This document shows positions 28,771-39,130 of a stretch of DNA of 64,000 nucleotides, in pieces. Origin of the DNA: Oceanispirochaeta sp. (GTDB lineage Bacteria > Spirochaetota > Spirochaetia > DSM-2461). The stretch covers positions 480,001 to 544,000 of the forward strand of contig CAXXXD010000004.1 in NCBI GenBank assembly GCA_963663385.2, given 5' to 3'. The notes below the pieces were generated by a model. It did no database searches, was not told the origin of the DNA, and worked only from the letters and a program-made list of their open reading frames with translations. Position 1 is the stretch's first letter. Every line of letters starts with the position of its first letter. The position numbers were made by a program, and so were the translations under genes.

Positions 28771-28815
28771 TCCCCCCCGCACTGTTTGTCAGGAAGCTGT
28801 GCGGGGGGATTTTTT
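28771..28815. terminator. Terminator between convergent CBS and cheW genes
   Basis: TCCCCCCCGCAC...GTGCGGGGGGA followed by a T run. Confidence 0.7.
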
Positions 28816-28825
28816 ATGTAGAAAT

Positions 28826-29299
28826 CTACTCTGCGGCCAGTTCGGAAAGTTCGCTGTTAGTCAGAACTTTATTGATATTCAAAATGATGATAAACTGTTC
28901 ATCCTTACGTCCCATCCCTCTGATAAAGGATGAGTCGATTTTTGTCCCGATATTGGGAGCCGGTTCAATCTTGTCAGAATCGATATCCACCACTTCGTTA
29001 ACAGAATCTGTCAGCAGGCCCATTACAATATCTTCATCATCGATTTTAATTTCTGTTACGATAACGCTTGTATCGATGGACTTCTCTGTTTCTCCTATCC
29101 CGAATTTCATTTTCAGATCAATTACCGGAACAACACTGCCTCTCAGATTTATTATCCCCCGCATAAATTCCGGCATACGCGGTACTTTGGAGACGGTCTG
29201 AAATTCAAGAACTTCTCTTATGTTGGTTACATTGATGGCATAAAGTTCCTCATCTACTTTAAAAGTAAGGTACTGATTCGTTGTGATCTCTTCTTCCAT
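28826..29299 (-). CDS. cheW: Chemotaxis coupling protein CheW
   Basis: QYLTF, GIINLRGSVVPVIDL, GLLTDSV. Confidence 0.95.
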   Translation of the reverse strand: MEEEITTNQYLTFKVDEELYAINVTNIREVLEFQTVSKVPRMPEFMRGIINLRGSVVPVIDLKMKFGIGETEKSIDTSVIVTEIKIDDEDIVMGLLTDSVNEVVDIDSDKIEPAPNIGTKIDSSFIRGMGRKDEQFIIILNINKVLTNSELSELAAE

Positions 29300-29483
29300 A
29301 ATTTTCCCCTCGGGTATTTAAGGATTTATCATCCTGAGTCTGTCCCTTTAAATCTAATGAATCAGGACTGTATCTGTAAAGAAAAAATGAAATATTATTA
29401 TCATTTTAACGGTCGGCCCTGTTTCTCCCTGAATTGGACGAATCCGATATTTCGGGGTATTATGAGTTGACATGGGGTGCGAA

Positions 29484-31085
29484 ATGGACGAACTGTATAA
29501 AATGATTCTTGTGGATGACGAAGATGAAGTCCGTGGAAGAATCTCTTCAAAGATTTCCCGGGAAAGCGGTTTTTCCGTTGTAGGAGCAGCCGGGAATGGT
29601 TATGACGCCCTTGAATTGATCGAGAAATACTCCCCTCATGTTGTTCTGACCGATATTAAGATGCCTTTTATTGATGGAATTGAGCTGGCTTCCATTATCA
29701 GGAGGGACTTTCCGACGGTCCGGGTCGCCTTTATTACAGGCTACGATGAATTTGACTACGCCCGGGAAGCTATTGAACTGAATGTCTCCTGCTACCTGAC
29801 CAAACCGGTAACACAGGGAGATATCTCCCGTTTCCTGGATAAGCTGAAGGTCGAGCTGGATAATGAAATCAAAGAGAAATATAATATGGAACTCCTTCGC
29901 CAGCGTTACGAACAGAGCATTCCCCTGATCATAGATAACTATTTTATATCCAGCCTTGTCTCATCTTCATCAGGGGATGCGGGTGATATTGAAAACCTGA
30001 GGACCTATGGGGTTTCCCTGGATGACAGGAACTATCTCCTCTCCTTTATCAGGATGGAGAGGGATGAGCGCCTTCAGGATGTAATGGAATATGAAAAACA
30101 GAAACTCTCCCTTCGTTCTGTAATAAAAGCCATCATGGAGAGGCATGGCTACGAGTTTTACAGTTTCCTTTTCAATGACGGGATTATCTTTATAATCAAA
30201 GAGAAGGGGAAGCTCTTTCTGCGTGATATTGATACGGTGTTTTTTGAGATGGTCAAAAAAGCCGAACGTTTTCTTTCTCTCCGTATCAATATAGGAGTCA
30301 GTTCTCGGCACATATCATTTAAAGGGCTTCAGGATGCCTATGAGGAAGCGGGGAAGGCTCTCGCTTACAGTAAATTCCTCAATGCCGGGCGAATTGTCTA
30401 TATTGATCAACTGGAAGATCATCAGCCCAAACTTCTCAGTTTAAGCGAATCGGAAATCAGGAATCTGGAGCATATCATAAAATTCGGAACCGACAGTGAA
30501 ATCCGCAACAGTCTGGAATCTCTGAAGCTGAATGCTCTCAGGGATAATAAAACCGTGGCCAATTACAGGCCCTTTATAATAAACCTGATGCATATAATGG
30601 TCAGTTATTCCGACTCCATCGGTGTGGATCTGACTGAAGTGATGGGGGGGGATATTCTGGATACTGTTATGAAAATCCGGAGTCTGGATCAGGTTTTTGA
30701 CTGGGCCCTTGTACTTTTTCTGAAACTGAGGGAGTTGAATCTTACGACGAAAATGACCAGTTCCCAGAAACTGCTGGACAGGGCTGTGCATTATATCAAC
30801 AGCAATTTCACTGATCCTGCCATATCTATGGAACGGGTCTGCGATGAGTTGGGCATCAGCGTTTCCTATATGAGTCTTCTGTTTAAAAAAGAGAAGGAAA
30901 CAACTTTTGTAAGATATCTGACCAGTGTCCGAATGGAGAAAGCCAAGGAGATTCTGAAGCTGACAGGGGACAAGATTATTGATATAGCCGGACAGTGCGG
31001 TTATAACGAGGTCTACTACTTCAGTCACAGTTTCAAGAAATATACGGGGATGTCTCCCAAAAAGTACCGGGAAGAGGTCTCGTGA
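29484..31085 (+). CDS. YesN-like response regulator (REC plus AraC HTH)
   Basis: LVDDE, TDIKMP, YLTKP; C-terminal RMEKAKEIL..YFSHSFKKYTGMSP. Confidence 0.93.
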   Translation: MDELYKMILVDDEDEVRGRISSKISRESGFSVVGAAGNGYDALELIEKYSPHVVLTDIKMPFIDGIELASIIRRDFPTVRVAFITGYDEFDYAREAIELNVSCYLTKPVTQGDISRFLDKLKVELDNEIKEKYNMELLRQRYEQSIPLIIDNYFISSLVSSSSGDAGDIENLRTYGVSLDDRNYLLSFIRMERDERLQDVMEYEKQKLSLRSVIKAIMERHGYEFYSFLFNDGIIFIIKEKGKLFLRDIDTVFFEMVKKAERFLSLRINIGVSSRHISFKGLQDAYEEAGKALAYSKFLNAGRIVYIDQLEDHQPKLLSLSESEIRNLEHIIKFGTDSEIRNSLESLKLNALRDNKTVANYRPFIINLMHIMVSYSDSIGVDLTEVMGGDILDTVMKIRSLDQVFDWALVLFLKLRELNLTTKMTSSQKLLDRAVHYINSNFTDPAISMERVCDELGISVSYMSLLFKKEKETTFVRYLTSVRMEKAKEILKLTGDKIIDIAGQCGYNEVYYFSHSFKKYTGMSPKKYREEVS

Positions 31086-32818
31086 AAAGGGGAGTTCTCC
31101 ATGACCTCTCCATAGGCCAGAGTATCCTGGCTGCCACTCTCAGCATTGTTATGATAGTGCTGCTGCTTACGAGCCTGATTTATTACACGGCTTTTTCCAG
31201 AAGAACAGATGCTCTTGTGGAAAGTCAGTCCCGTGAGATAAACAAACAGATTGTACTAAACTACAGGAGCTATATAAGCAGTGTTATAGAAACGGCCAAC
31301 TATGTTCAGTCTGCTTCTCTGAATCTGGATGTCGTAAATTCCTATAAAGAGCTGCAGGATATCTACTCCTTCAGTACGGATATTAAAAAAGATGTGGTTT
31401 CCATTTTTCTTTTTGACAGTAAAGGGGAAAAAATCCTGGGAAACGATATGATCAGCAGGGGAAACTTCAGTATATCCAATGAGCATTGGTTCCTTAATGC
31501 CCTGAGTGAAACAACCATCTTCCATTTTTCCGCGCCCCATACGGATAGTGTCTATGAAAACGGGGGTGAACAGGTTATTTCCGTATCCCGGCATGTGACA
31601 TTCTCCCGTAACGGTTCGAAACAGGATGGGGTGCTGCTGATTGAACTGAATTTCAACTCCATTTCCGATCTGGCCTCCAAAACCAACCTGGGAGAGGGGG
31701 GGCATATTCTTATTCTGAATGATAATGATTCCCTGATCTATTATTTCAGCGAAGACGGCGATTCCTATATTGCCGGAAGTTATGAGCTGGCAATCGATAA
31801 AATGATGGGGGGGTACAAGGCGCTTATAAATGGAAAGGAGATGTATTTTAATATAAATACTCTTGCCCAGACCAGATGGCGTATTGTAACGGCTTACAAT
31901 ATTGATGAGATAGCTCAGGCAAAAACCAGGATTCTGTACATGCTTTTTATAATTTTTCTGGGCAGCTTTTTCCTGACTGCTGTGGTGGCGTCCCTGCTTT
32001 CCTATCGGATCTCCCGCCCCTTGAACCAGTTGGAAAAAAGCATGCTTCGAATAGAGAATGGAGACTTCCATACAAAAGTTGCTGTTACCGGTCAGAAGGA
32101 GCTGGTGCTGGTGGGGGCTTCATTTAACAGTATGATGGATGAGATCCGTCTGCTGATGGATAAGGTTGTGACAGAACAGAGGGAGAAGAGAAAAACAGAG
32201 CTGAAAGCCCTTCAGAACCAGATAAATCCTCACTTCCTGTACAATACCCTGGATTCCATTGTCTGGCTGGCTGAAAACGAACGGAGTGAGGATGTGATTA
32301 CAACCGTGGTTGCTCTGGCCCGTTTTTTTCGGATAAGCATTTCCAAGGGGAAGAACTTCATTCCGGTAAGAGATGAAATCGATCATATCAAGAATTACCT
32401 TACCATTCAGAAAATCCGTTATGTAGATAAATTTGAATACCAGTTCAAGGTGGATGAGAATATCCGGGATCTTCTGGTAATGAAACTGATTCTGCAGCCT
32501 CTTGTTGAAAATGCCATATACCATGGTGTGGGTGATGAAAAGGGTATTATCAGTATTAGCGGGTATAGAACATCCGATTTCCTTATTTTTGAAGTAATGA
32601 ATTCAGGTTACGGGATTACAGACGAGGGGATTCAGGAGATCTACCGTGTATTGGAAGGCGGGATAGGGGATACGGGAGTAGGACTGAAAAATGTCTATCA
32701 GCGATTGAAGATTTACTATGGTGACAGTGCCGATATCCGGATTTCCAGTGAACTGGATGAATGGACAAAGGTCACAATCCTGATCCCCTTGATTCCTGTG
32801 AAAGGTAGTGAAAAATGA
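31082..32818 (+). CDS. YesM/LytS-like sensor histidine kinase (Cache, HAMP)
   Basis: LQNQINPHFLYNTLDSI, LQPLVENAIYHG, GVGLKNV; GTGA overlap with the regulator. Confidence 0.93.
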   Translation: MKRGVLHDLSIGQSILAATLSIVMIVLLLTSLIYYTAFSRRTDALVESQSREINKQIVLNYRSYISSVIETANYVQSASLNLDVVNSYKELQDIYSFSTDIKKDVVSIFLFDSKGEKILGNDMISRGNFSISNEHWFLNALSETTIFHFSAPHTDSVYENGGEQVISVSRHVTFSRNGSKQDGVLLIELNFNSISDLASKTNLGEGGHILILNDNDSLIYYFSEDGDSYIAGSYELAIDKMMGGYKALINGKEMYFNINTLAQTRWRIVTAYNIDEIAQAKTRILYMLFIIFLGSFFLTAVVASLLSYRISRPLNQLEKSMLRIENGDFHTKVAVTGQKELVLVGASFNSMMDEIRLLMDKVVTEQREKRKTELKALQNQINPHFLYNTLDSIVWLAENERSEDVITTVVALARFFRISISKGKNFIPVRDEIDHIKNYLTIQKIRYVDKFEYQFKVDENIRDLLVMKLILQPLVENAIYHGVGDEKGIISISGYRTSDFLIFEVMNSGYGITDEGIQEIYRVLEGGIGDTGVGLKNVYQRLKIYYGDSADIRISSELDEWTKVTILIPLIPVKGSEK

Positions 32819-33786
32819 TGAATCGATATCTAATAATCATTGCGGCCAGTGCTGTTCTTTTCGGCAGCTGCGGCAGGAGTGATAAGGAAGCCGTTCTTAT
32901 CCTGTATAACCAGGAAGATCCCTTTGTGGATGTTTTTGCCAGTCAGATCCTTCAGCAGGCGGAAGGGTTCAGGCTTGAGGTCTTTGATTCCCAGAACTCT
33001 CAGATTATACAGAATGAATACATCGAAAATCTGATAGATAAAAACCCGGACCTGTTTATACTGAATCCTGTAGACCGCCTGGGGGTCTACCCCATTATCC
33101 GGAAACTGAAATCAGAGAACATTCCAGTTATTTTTTTTAACCGGGAGCCTTTGAGAAAGGATATGGCTCTCTGGGACGGGGCTTACTATGTGGGCGCCCG
33201 GGCGGAGCAGTCGGGACAGATGCAGGCTGAGCTGATTACCGATCTTTTCGGCGGGAATCCTGCTGTTCTGAACAGTTATGACCTTAACGGGGACAATCGC
33301 ATCCAGGCGGTTATTCTCAAAGGGGAACAGGGGCATCAGGATGCTGAAATCAGAACCTCCGAGGTGATCCGTTTCTTTAAAGAGAAGGGATTCTCGCTGG
33401 ATCTGCTTGTTACGGAAGTTGCCAACTGGAGCCGGGACGAGGCTTATGACAAAATGGGGAGGCTACTTGAGCTCTATGGTTCTGAAATGGAGGTTATCCT
33501 GTCCAATAATGATGCGATGGCTCTGGGGGCTATAGATCGTATGCTGGAGGATAAGGTGGAATCCTGGATCCCTGTTGTCGGTATTGACGGTCTGGCCGAA
33601 GCGGTTGAACAGATAGAGGCCGGTCATCTGTACGGGACTGTTCTGAACGACTCGGAGACACAGGCCGAAGCTATCGTGTCTCTTGCCGAATTCCTGTTGA
33701 GCGGTGCGTCCGGGCAGGGGTTTACTTATGAACTGGAAAATGATCAATATATCTGGGTTAACTATAAGCCGTTCATTCTTGAATAA
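32815..33786 (+). CDS. Accessory MglB-like galactose/glucose-binding lipoprotein
   Basis: Lipobox LFGSC; NPVD, FFNREP, YYVG, LKGEQGHQDA, NNDAMALGA, GTVLND. Confidence 0.85.
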   Translation: MMNRYLIIIAASAVLFGSCGRSDKEAVLILYNQEDPFVDVFASQILQQAEGFRLEVFDSQNSQIIQNEYIENLIDKNPDLFILNPVDRLGVYPIIRKLKSENIPVIFFNREPLRKDMALWDGAYYVGARAEQSGQMQAELITDLFGGNPAVLNSYDLNGDNRIQAVILKGEQGHQDAEIRTSEVIRFFKEKGFSLDLLVTEVANWSRDEAYDKMGRLLELYGSEMEVILSNNDAMALGAIDRMLEDKVESWIPVVGIDGLAEAVEQIEAGHLYGTVLNDSETQAEAIVSLAEFLLSGASGQGFTYELENDQYIWVNYKPFILE

Positions 33787-33915
33787 TCATTTTATAAAGC
33801 ACAAACATTGGAAAATCTTATAAATATGTAAGAAGATATCACATTGTGGTCTCCCATATCGGTGCTAGACTTATCTCAATAACCAATAATTTTTGGTTAA
33901 AGGAGATAATTTTTT

Positions 33916-34932
33916 ATGAGAAACAAGTTAATTCTTATCACAATGATTGCGCTGATGGCTTTTTCCATGAGTGTTTTTGCAGAAGGCCAGAAGGATGACG
34001 GTAAAATTGTAATCGGATCCAATATGTACAGCTTTCAGGATAATTTCATGAACGGTGTAATGAAACCTGCCATGGAAAGCTACGCTGCAGAAAAAGGTGT
34101 GGAAATCCAGATTGTTGACTCCGAAGGTCAGCAGGCTATTCTTAACAACCAGATTGATGTTTATATCACAAAAAAAGTAGATGTACTGGCAATCAACCTG
34201 GTAGACCCCGCTTCTGCCCAGTCTGTAATCGACAAAGCAAAAGCTGCCGGTATTCCCCTTATCCTTTTCAACAAGGAAGGAACCAAAGAAGCCATGTCTT
34301 CCTACGACAAAGTATGGTACGTAGGTACCGATTCTGCCGAGTCTGGAATTATCCAGGGACAGATGATGGTTAAAGACTGGAAAGCCAACCCCGACTGGGA
34401 CAAGAACGGAGACGGAAAAGTTCAGTATGTAATGCTCAAAGGCGAACCCGGACACCCCGATGCGGAAGCCAGAACCAGAGAATCTGTAAAAGCTTTCACC
34501 GATGCCGGAATCGCTGTTCAGCAGCTGGCTCTCGAAGCAGACCCCAACTGGTCTACCCAGCACGGAAACGACAAAATGGCTGCCTGGCTGACTTCTTCCT
34601 TTGGAAAAGATATCGAACTGGTTATCTGCAACAACGATGGAATGGGATTCGGTGCCATTACAGCTATGAAGGCTGCCGGCGTAAGACTCCCCATCTACAG
34701 TGTTGACGCTCTGGCTCAGGCTCTGACTCACATTGCAGACGGCGAACTGGACGGAACCGTACTGAACGACGGTGTTAACCAGGGTAAAGCCACCATCGAC
34801 CTGGCTATCAATGCCGCCATGGGTAAAAACGTTACTGAAGGAACCAGCTGGAAGCTGACTACCGACGGATCAAAAGCTGTTCGTGTAGCATATGTTGCTG
34901 TAACTCCCCAGAATTACAAGGATTTCCAGTAG
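33916..34932 (+). CDS. mglB: Galactose/glucose ABC transporter substrate-binding protein
   Basis: DNFM, AINLVDP, ESGIIQG, DKNGDGKVQYVMLKGEPGHPDAEART, GTVLND. Confidence 0.9.
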   Translation: MRNKLILITMIALMAFSMSVFAEGQKDDGKIVIGSNMYSFQDNFMNGVMKPAMESYAAEKGVEIQIVDSEGQQAILNNQIDVYITKKVDVLAINLVDPASAQSVIDKAKAAGIPLILFNKEGTKEAMSSYDKVWYVGTDSAESGIIQGQMMVKDWKANPDWDKNGDGKVQYVMLKGEPGHPDAEARTRESVKAFTDAGIAVQQLALEADPNWSTQHGNDKMAAWLTSSFGKDIELVICNNDGMGFGAITAMKAAGVRLPIYSVDALAQALTHIADGELDGTVLNDGVNQGKATIDLAINAAMGKNVTEGTSWKLTTDGSKAVRVAYVAVTPQNYKDFQ

Positions 34933-34960
34933 GAATCAATTGCTAGTTAATTGAATCGTT

Positions 34961-34992
34961 AATGGCTGGTCCTGCGGGACCGGTCATTTTTT
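34961..34992 (+). terminator. Stem-loop with U tract after mglB
   Basis: AATGGCTGGTCC-TGCG-GGACCGGTCATT then a T run. Confidence 0.65.
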
Positions 34993-35085
34993 ACTTGTAG
35001 ATATTTGGAAACCAAGGTTTCCACCTTTATTATTTAATAAAGATGTGAAATGTCGTGCCCTATGTCACGAAGAGAGGTGATTCTT

Positions 35086-36609
35086 TTGTCGGAAGAATTT
35101 TTATTAAGTATAAAAAATGTCTGTAAAGCATTTTCCGGAGTCCGGGTTTTAAAAGATGTCTGCCTGAATGTCAGACCCGGGACCGTCCACTCTCTTATGG
35201 GTGAAAATGGCGCCGGTAAATCGACTCTGATGAAATGTCTGTTCGGCATTTATATTCAGGATGAAGGGCAGTTTTTTCTGGATGGAAAAGAGTATAATTT
35301 CCACGATCCCAAGCATGCTCTGGAAAACGGAGTCTCCATGGTTCACCAGGAGCTCAATCAGGTCGTTCAGAGAACAATTACAGATAATATATGGCTGGGC
35401 CGTTACCCGAAAAAGGGCGCATTTGTCGATGAAAAGAAAATGTTCAAAGATACGAAAGCCCTTTTTGAGAGACTGGGTATTCATCTGGATCCCAATACAA
35501 GACTGGATAAACTGTCTGTTTCACAGAGACAGATGGTTGAGATTGCCAAAGCAGTCTCCTATGATGCGAAGATAATCGTACTGGACGAACCCACATCCTC
35601 CCTGACGGATAATGAAGTTAAAAAACTGTTTGATATCATTTCCGTTCTGAAAAAAGAGGGAGTCGGTATAGTCTATATATCCCATAAGATGGAAGAGATT
35701 TTTGAGATCTCCGATGATGTGACTGTTCTGCGGGACGGGAACTCCATCGGAACCGATCGTATTGAGAATCTAACCATGGAAAAAATAGTGAACATGATGG
35801 TCGGCCGGGACCTGGAGGAACGTTTTCCTCCTAAAACCAATGTCCCCGGAGATGTGCATATGACTGTAAAAAATCTGTCGACGAAATATGCGCCCCGTGT
35901 TCATAATGTCAATTTTGATCTTCACAGGGGAGAAATCCTTGGTGTGGCCGGCCTGGTCGGGGCCGGACGGACAGAGATGCTGGAGGCCCTTTTCGGAGCC
36001 AGGACCCGTGAAAGCGGAGAGATCCTCATCGATGGGAAACCGATTGACAACTCCGATCCCCATAAAGCGATTAATAACCGCTTTGCCCTGTTAACGGAAG
36101 AACGGCGTGAAACCGGTATATACCCGATTGCGGATATCACCTTCAACTCCACCATATCCAATGTACAGGCCTATAAAAACAGGTTCGGCTGGCTTTTGGA
36201 TAGCAAAATGAAAGAGGATACGGATAAACAGATTCGGAATATGCGTATCAAGACGCCCCACCGGAGAGAGCTGATCCGTTCCCTGAGCGGCGGAAATCAG
36301 CAGAAGGTCATTATCGGCCGCTGGCTGTTAACCAATCCGGATATTCTCCTTCTGGATGAACCTACAAGAGGGATTGATGTGGGAGCCAAATTCGAAATCT
36401 ATCAGCTGATTATCGATCTGGCGAAAAACGGTAAATCCGTAATTGTGGTTTCATCCGAAATGCCTGAGCTGCTGGGGATAACAAATCGTATTATGGTTAT
36501 GAGCAATGGATATGTTTCGGGTATTGTAAATACGGAAGAAACAACACAGACCGAGATTTTTAATCTGGCGGCAAAACATCTGAATAATAATAGAGAGGCG
36601 GAAGTATGA
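35086..36609 (+). CDS. mglA: Galactose/methyl-galactoside ABC ATP-binding protein
   Basis: GAGGTG RBS then [49 protein letters not shown]. Confidence 0.9.
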   Translation: MSEEFLLSIKNVCKAFSGVRVLKDVCLNVRPGTVHSLMGENGAGKSTLMKCLFGIYIQDEGQFFLDGKEYNFHDPKHALENGVSMVHQELNQVVQRTITDNIWLGRYPKKGAFVDEKKMFKDTKALFERLGIHLDPNTRLDKLSVSQRQMVEIAKAVSYDAKIIVLDEPTSSLTDNEVKKLFDIISVLKKEGVGIVYISHKMEEIFEISDDVTVLRDGNSIGTDRIENLTMEKIVNMMVGRDLEERFPPKTNVPGDVHMTVKNLSTKYAPRVHNVNFDLHRGEILGVAGLVGAGRTEMLEALFGARTRESGEILIDGKPIDNSDPHKAINNRFALLTEERRETGIYPIADITFNSTISNVQAYKNRFGWLLDSKMKEDTDKQIRNMRIKTPHRRELIRSLSGGNQQKVIIGRWLLTNPDILLLDEPTRGIDVGAKFEIYQLIIDLAKNGKSVIVVSSEMPELLGITNRIMVMSNGYVSGIVNTEETTQTEIFNLAAKHLNNNREAEV

Positions 36610-37640
36610 TAAGTTCCGAAAGAGAAAATCTCTTTAATGTCCGTAAGACAAAAGAAGAGTGGAAAGATTTTTTAATCAACAATGCAATTTATATTGTTAT
36701 TGCAGTCATCATTCTGATTGTTGTAGTAAACGAACCGTCTTTTGTTTCCGTAGCGGTTTTCCGGAATATCCTGACACAGTCATCGGTCCGGTTGATACTG
36801 GCTTTCGGTGTAGGGGGAATCATTATTCTGCAGGGTACGGACCTTTCCCTGGGACGGATGGTAGGTTTTGCAGCGGTTATTTCGGCTTCTCTCCTCCAGA
36901 GACCGGACTACCCCTCCCGGTTTTATCCTGATATGGCTCAGCTGCCTCTGTTTGTACCCCTGCTGGCTGCTATTGTGGCCTGCAGTGTTTTCAGTGTCAT
37001 TAACGGCTGGGTTGTTGCCAAGTTCAAAATACACCCCTTTCTGGCAACCATGGGGATGATGATTACCCTTTACGGTATCCTTTCTATCTATTTTGCTTCC
37101 GGTGCTCCCGGCCCCCAGCCTATAGGCGGGCATGATGAACGTTATGTGGCTCTGATTAACGGAAATGTCCTCGGTGTTCCCAATCTGGTAATTATTGCGG
37201 CCTTAACCAGTGTTATTATCTGGGTACTCTGGAATAAAACAACCTTCGGGAAGAACATGTACGCGGTTGGCGGCAACCCGGAAGCGGCAAAAGTATCCGG
37301 TGTAAATGTCACCAGAACCTTTATTCTTGTTTACCTGCTGGCCGGTGTGATGTACGGACTGGGCGGTTACCTTGAAGCGGCCCGTATAGGTTCGGCCAAT
37401 AACGGCACCGGGTTCGGTTATGAGCTGGATGCCATTGCAGCCTGTGTTGTCGGGGGGATCTCCTTCAGCGGTGGTGTCGGTAAGGTTTCCGGTGCAATCG
37501 TGGGTGTTCTGATGTTTACCATTATCAGTTACGGTATGACCTTTATGGGGCTGGATCAGTACTACCAGTATATTATCAAGGGTATTCTGATTGTTGTCGC
37601 CGTATCTCTTGATACAAAGAAATACCTGAAAAAAGTCTGA
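36606..37640 (+). CDS. mglC: Galactose/methyl-galactoside ABC permease
   Basis: [50 protein letters not shown]. Confidence 0.9.
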   Translation: MISSERENLFNVRKTKEEWKDFLINNAIYIVIAVIILIVVVNEPSFVSVAVFRNILTQSSVRLILAFGVGGIIILQGTDLSLGRMVGFAAVISASLLQRPDYPSRFYPDMAQLPLFVPLLAAIVACSVFSVINGWVVAKFKIHPFLATMGMMITLYGILSIYFASGAPGPQPIGGHDERYVALINGNVLGVPNLVIIAALTSVIIWVLWNKTTFGKNMYAVGGNPEAAKVSGVNVTRTFILVYLLAGVMYGLGGYLEAARIGSANNGTGFGYELDAIAACVVGGISFSGGVGKVSGAIVGVLMFTIISYGMTFMGLDQYYQYIIKGILIVVAVSLDTKKYLKKV

Positions 37641-37663
37641 TTTTTCTCTGACTGGATTCCATA

Positions 37664-37708
37664 GGGGAGATATTGTATGTGTTATCAGATACAATATCTC
37701 CTTTTTTT
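37664..37708. terminator. Terminator between the convergent mgl and sulfatase operons
   Basis: GGAGATATTGTAT / ATACAATATCTCC 13-bp IR followed by T7. Confidence 0.75.
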
Positions 37709-37786
37709 GAAATGCTGTAAATCTTTCAGAACAAACCTTTAAGCGAAAACGAAGGACCGGTTCTGAAATCCGGATTCCGGGGGGGA

Positions 37787-39130
37787 TTATACATCAATAA
37801 AGTCAAATTCAATCGGTTCAATGCATTCCCTTTTATTCACCATTCCCCCCGGTGGAACCGGAATGAGACCGTTGTTGATGATTAGGGGATCGTCCGTTCT
37901 GATCATCCAATTATGTAATTTTTCTCTGAGTTCAGTAAGTACTTCTCTGTATTCGGCTTTATCTGCCAGATTACGGGATTCCCGGGGATCCTGTTTTAAA
38001 TCGTAAAGAGATATTTCTTCCAATATGATGTTATTGAAATAGTTGCTTTCAATTAGATCCTGTTTGGCTGGACATCCGTCCGTATTCGCCGGTACCGGAG
38101 AAAGATCCTGATCAAACCGAACCACCAGCCTATACTGTTCCGTACGGATGGAACGTACCGGTTCGTAGGCCGCATGAAATGAAATTTCAGAAAATATCTC
38201 TTTTCGTACCGTCTTTTCCGGATTACTGAAAAGCGGTTTAAATGATCTGCCCTGCAGACCTGCCGGTTCGGAAACATCCAGAATATCGCAGAGGGTAGGG
38301 AACAAGTCCAATTGGGAAATCATGGCATCGCAGACTTTCCCGGCTGATGGATTTCCCGGGTAATGCATCATAAATGCCACACCGGTTCCGGTATCATTGA
38401 GATTGCATTTCATTCCGGGAAAAGGCATTCCGTGGTCTGTCGTGAAAATGACAATGGAGTTGTTCCATTCCCCGGAGGAATCCAGGGCATCCAGTATTTT
38501 CCCGACGCATCGGTCGACAATGGTGAGGGATTGATGGAATCCAGCCATATCCATTCTATTTGCCCGGGTATCCCTGACTGTTGCAGGTACAGACAGGTTC
38601 TCCACTCTGAGATTTTCATCCGGTTCGGGAAAAATCCTGTGGGTATTAAACATTCCGAAAGAGAGAAAAAAAGGTCCGGCATGTTCTTCCCTGATATAAT
38701 CTGCTGCTGCCGCCGCATTCCCCATATCGTAACTTTCGGTATCAAAAGCAAATGAATGGGACATTTCAAATTCCGTATCACCAATTCTTCTCTGATAGCC
38801 TATCCAGTCGGTTTCTGCTGCTACATGCTGGATCCCCGACAGAGTTGTCTCATACCCGTTCTTATTGAAGAAGCTTACCATATGATCGGAATAGTCATTC
38901 AGTTTGAACCCCCTGTGAGCCAGTCCCAGCATCCCGTTGCAGTGGGGGTAACGTCCGGTGAGCAGTGCTGAACGGCTCGGAGAACAGGTCGGGCCTGCAC
39001 AGTGGGCATTCCGGAACAGGGTTGCTCTTTCAGAAAAACGCATCAGTTCCGGTGTATGGACCGGGGCCCCATACGGTTCAAAATAGCGTCCGGAATCATG
39101 GGTGTGGATATATATGATATTATTCTTCAT
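37787..39130 (-). CDS. Cys-type sulfatase (N-sulfoglucosamine sulfohydrolase-like)
   Basis: CSPSRSALLTG (CxPxR), HCNGMLGL, TTDHGMPFP, LYDLKQDP.E. Confidence 0.9.
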   Translation of the reverse strand: MKNNIIYIHTHDSGRYFEPYGAPVHTPELMRFSERATLFRNAHCAGPTCSPSRSALLTGRYPHCNGMLGLAHRGFKLNDYSDHMVSFFNKNGYETTLSGIQHVAAETDWIGYQRRIGDTEFEMSHSFAFDTESYDMGNAAAAADYIREEHAGPFFLSFGMFNTHRIFPEPDENLRVENLSVPATVRDTRANRMDMAGFHQSLTIVDRCVGKILDALDSSGEWNNSIVIFTTDHGMPFPGMKCNLNDTGTGVAFMMHYPGNPSAGKVCDAMISQLDLFPTLCDILDVSEPAGLQGRSFKPLFSNPEKTVRKEIFSEISFHAAYEPVRSIRTEQYRLVVRFDQDLSPVPANTDGCPAKQDLIESNYFNNIILEEISLYDLKQDPRESRNLADKAEYREVLTELREKLHNWMIRTDDPLIINNGLIPVPPGGMVNKRECIEPIEFDFIDV

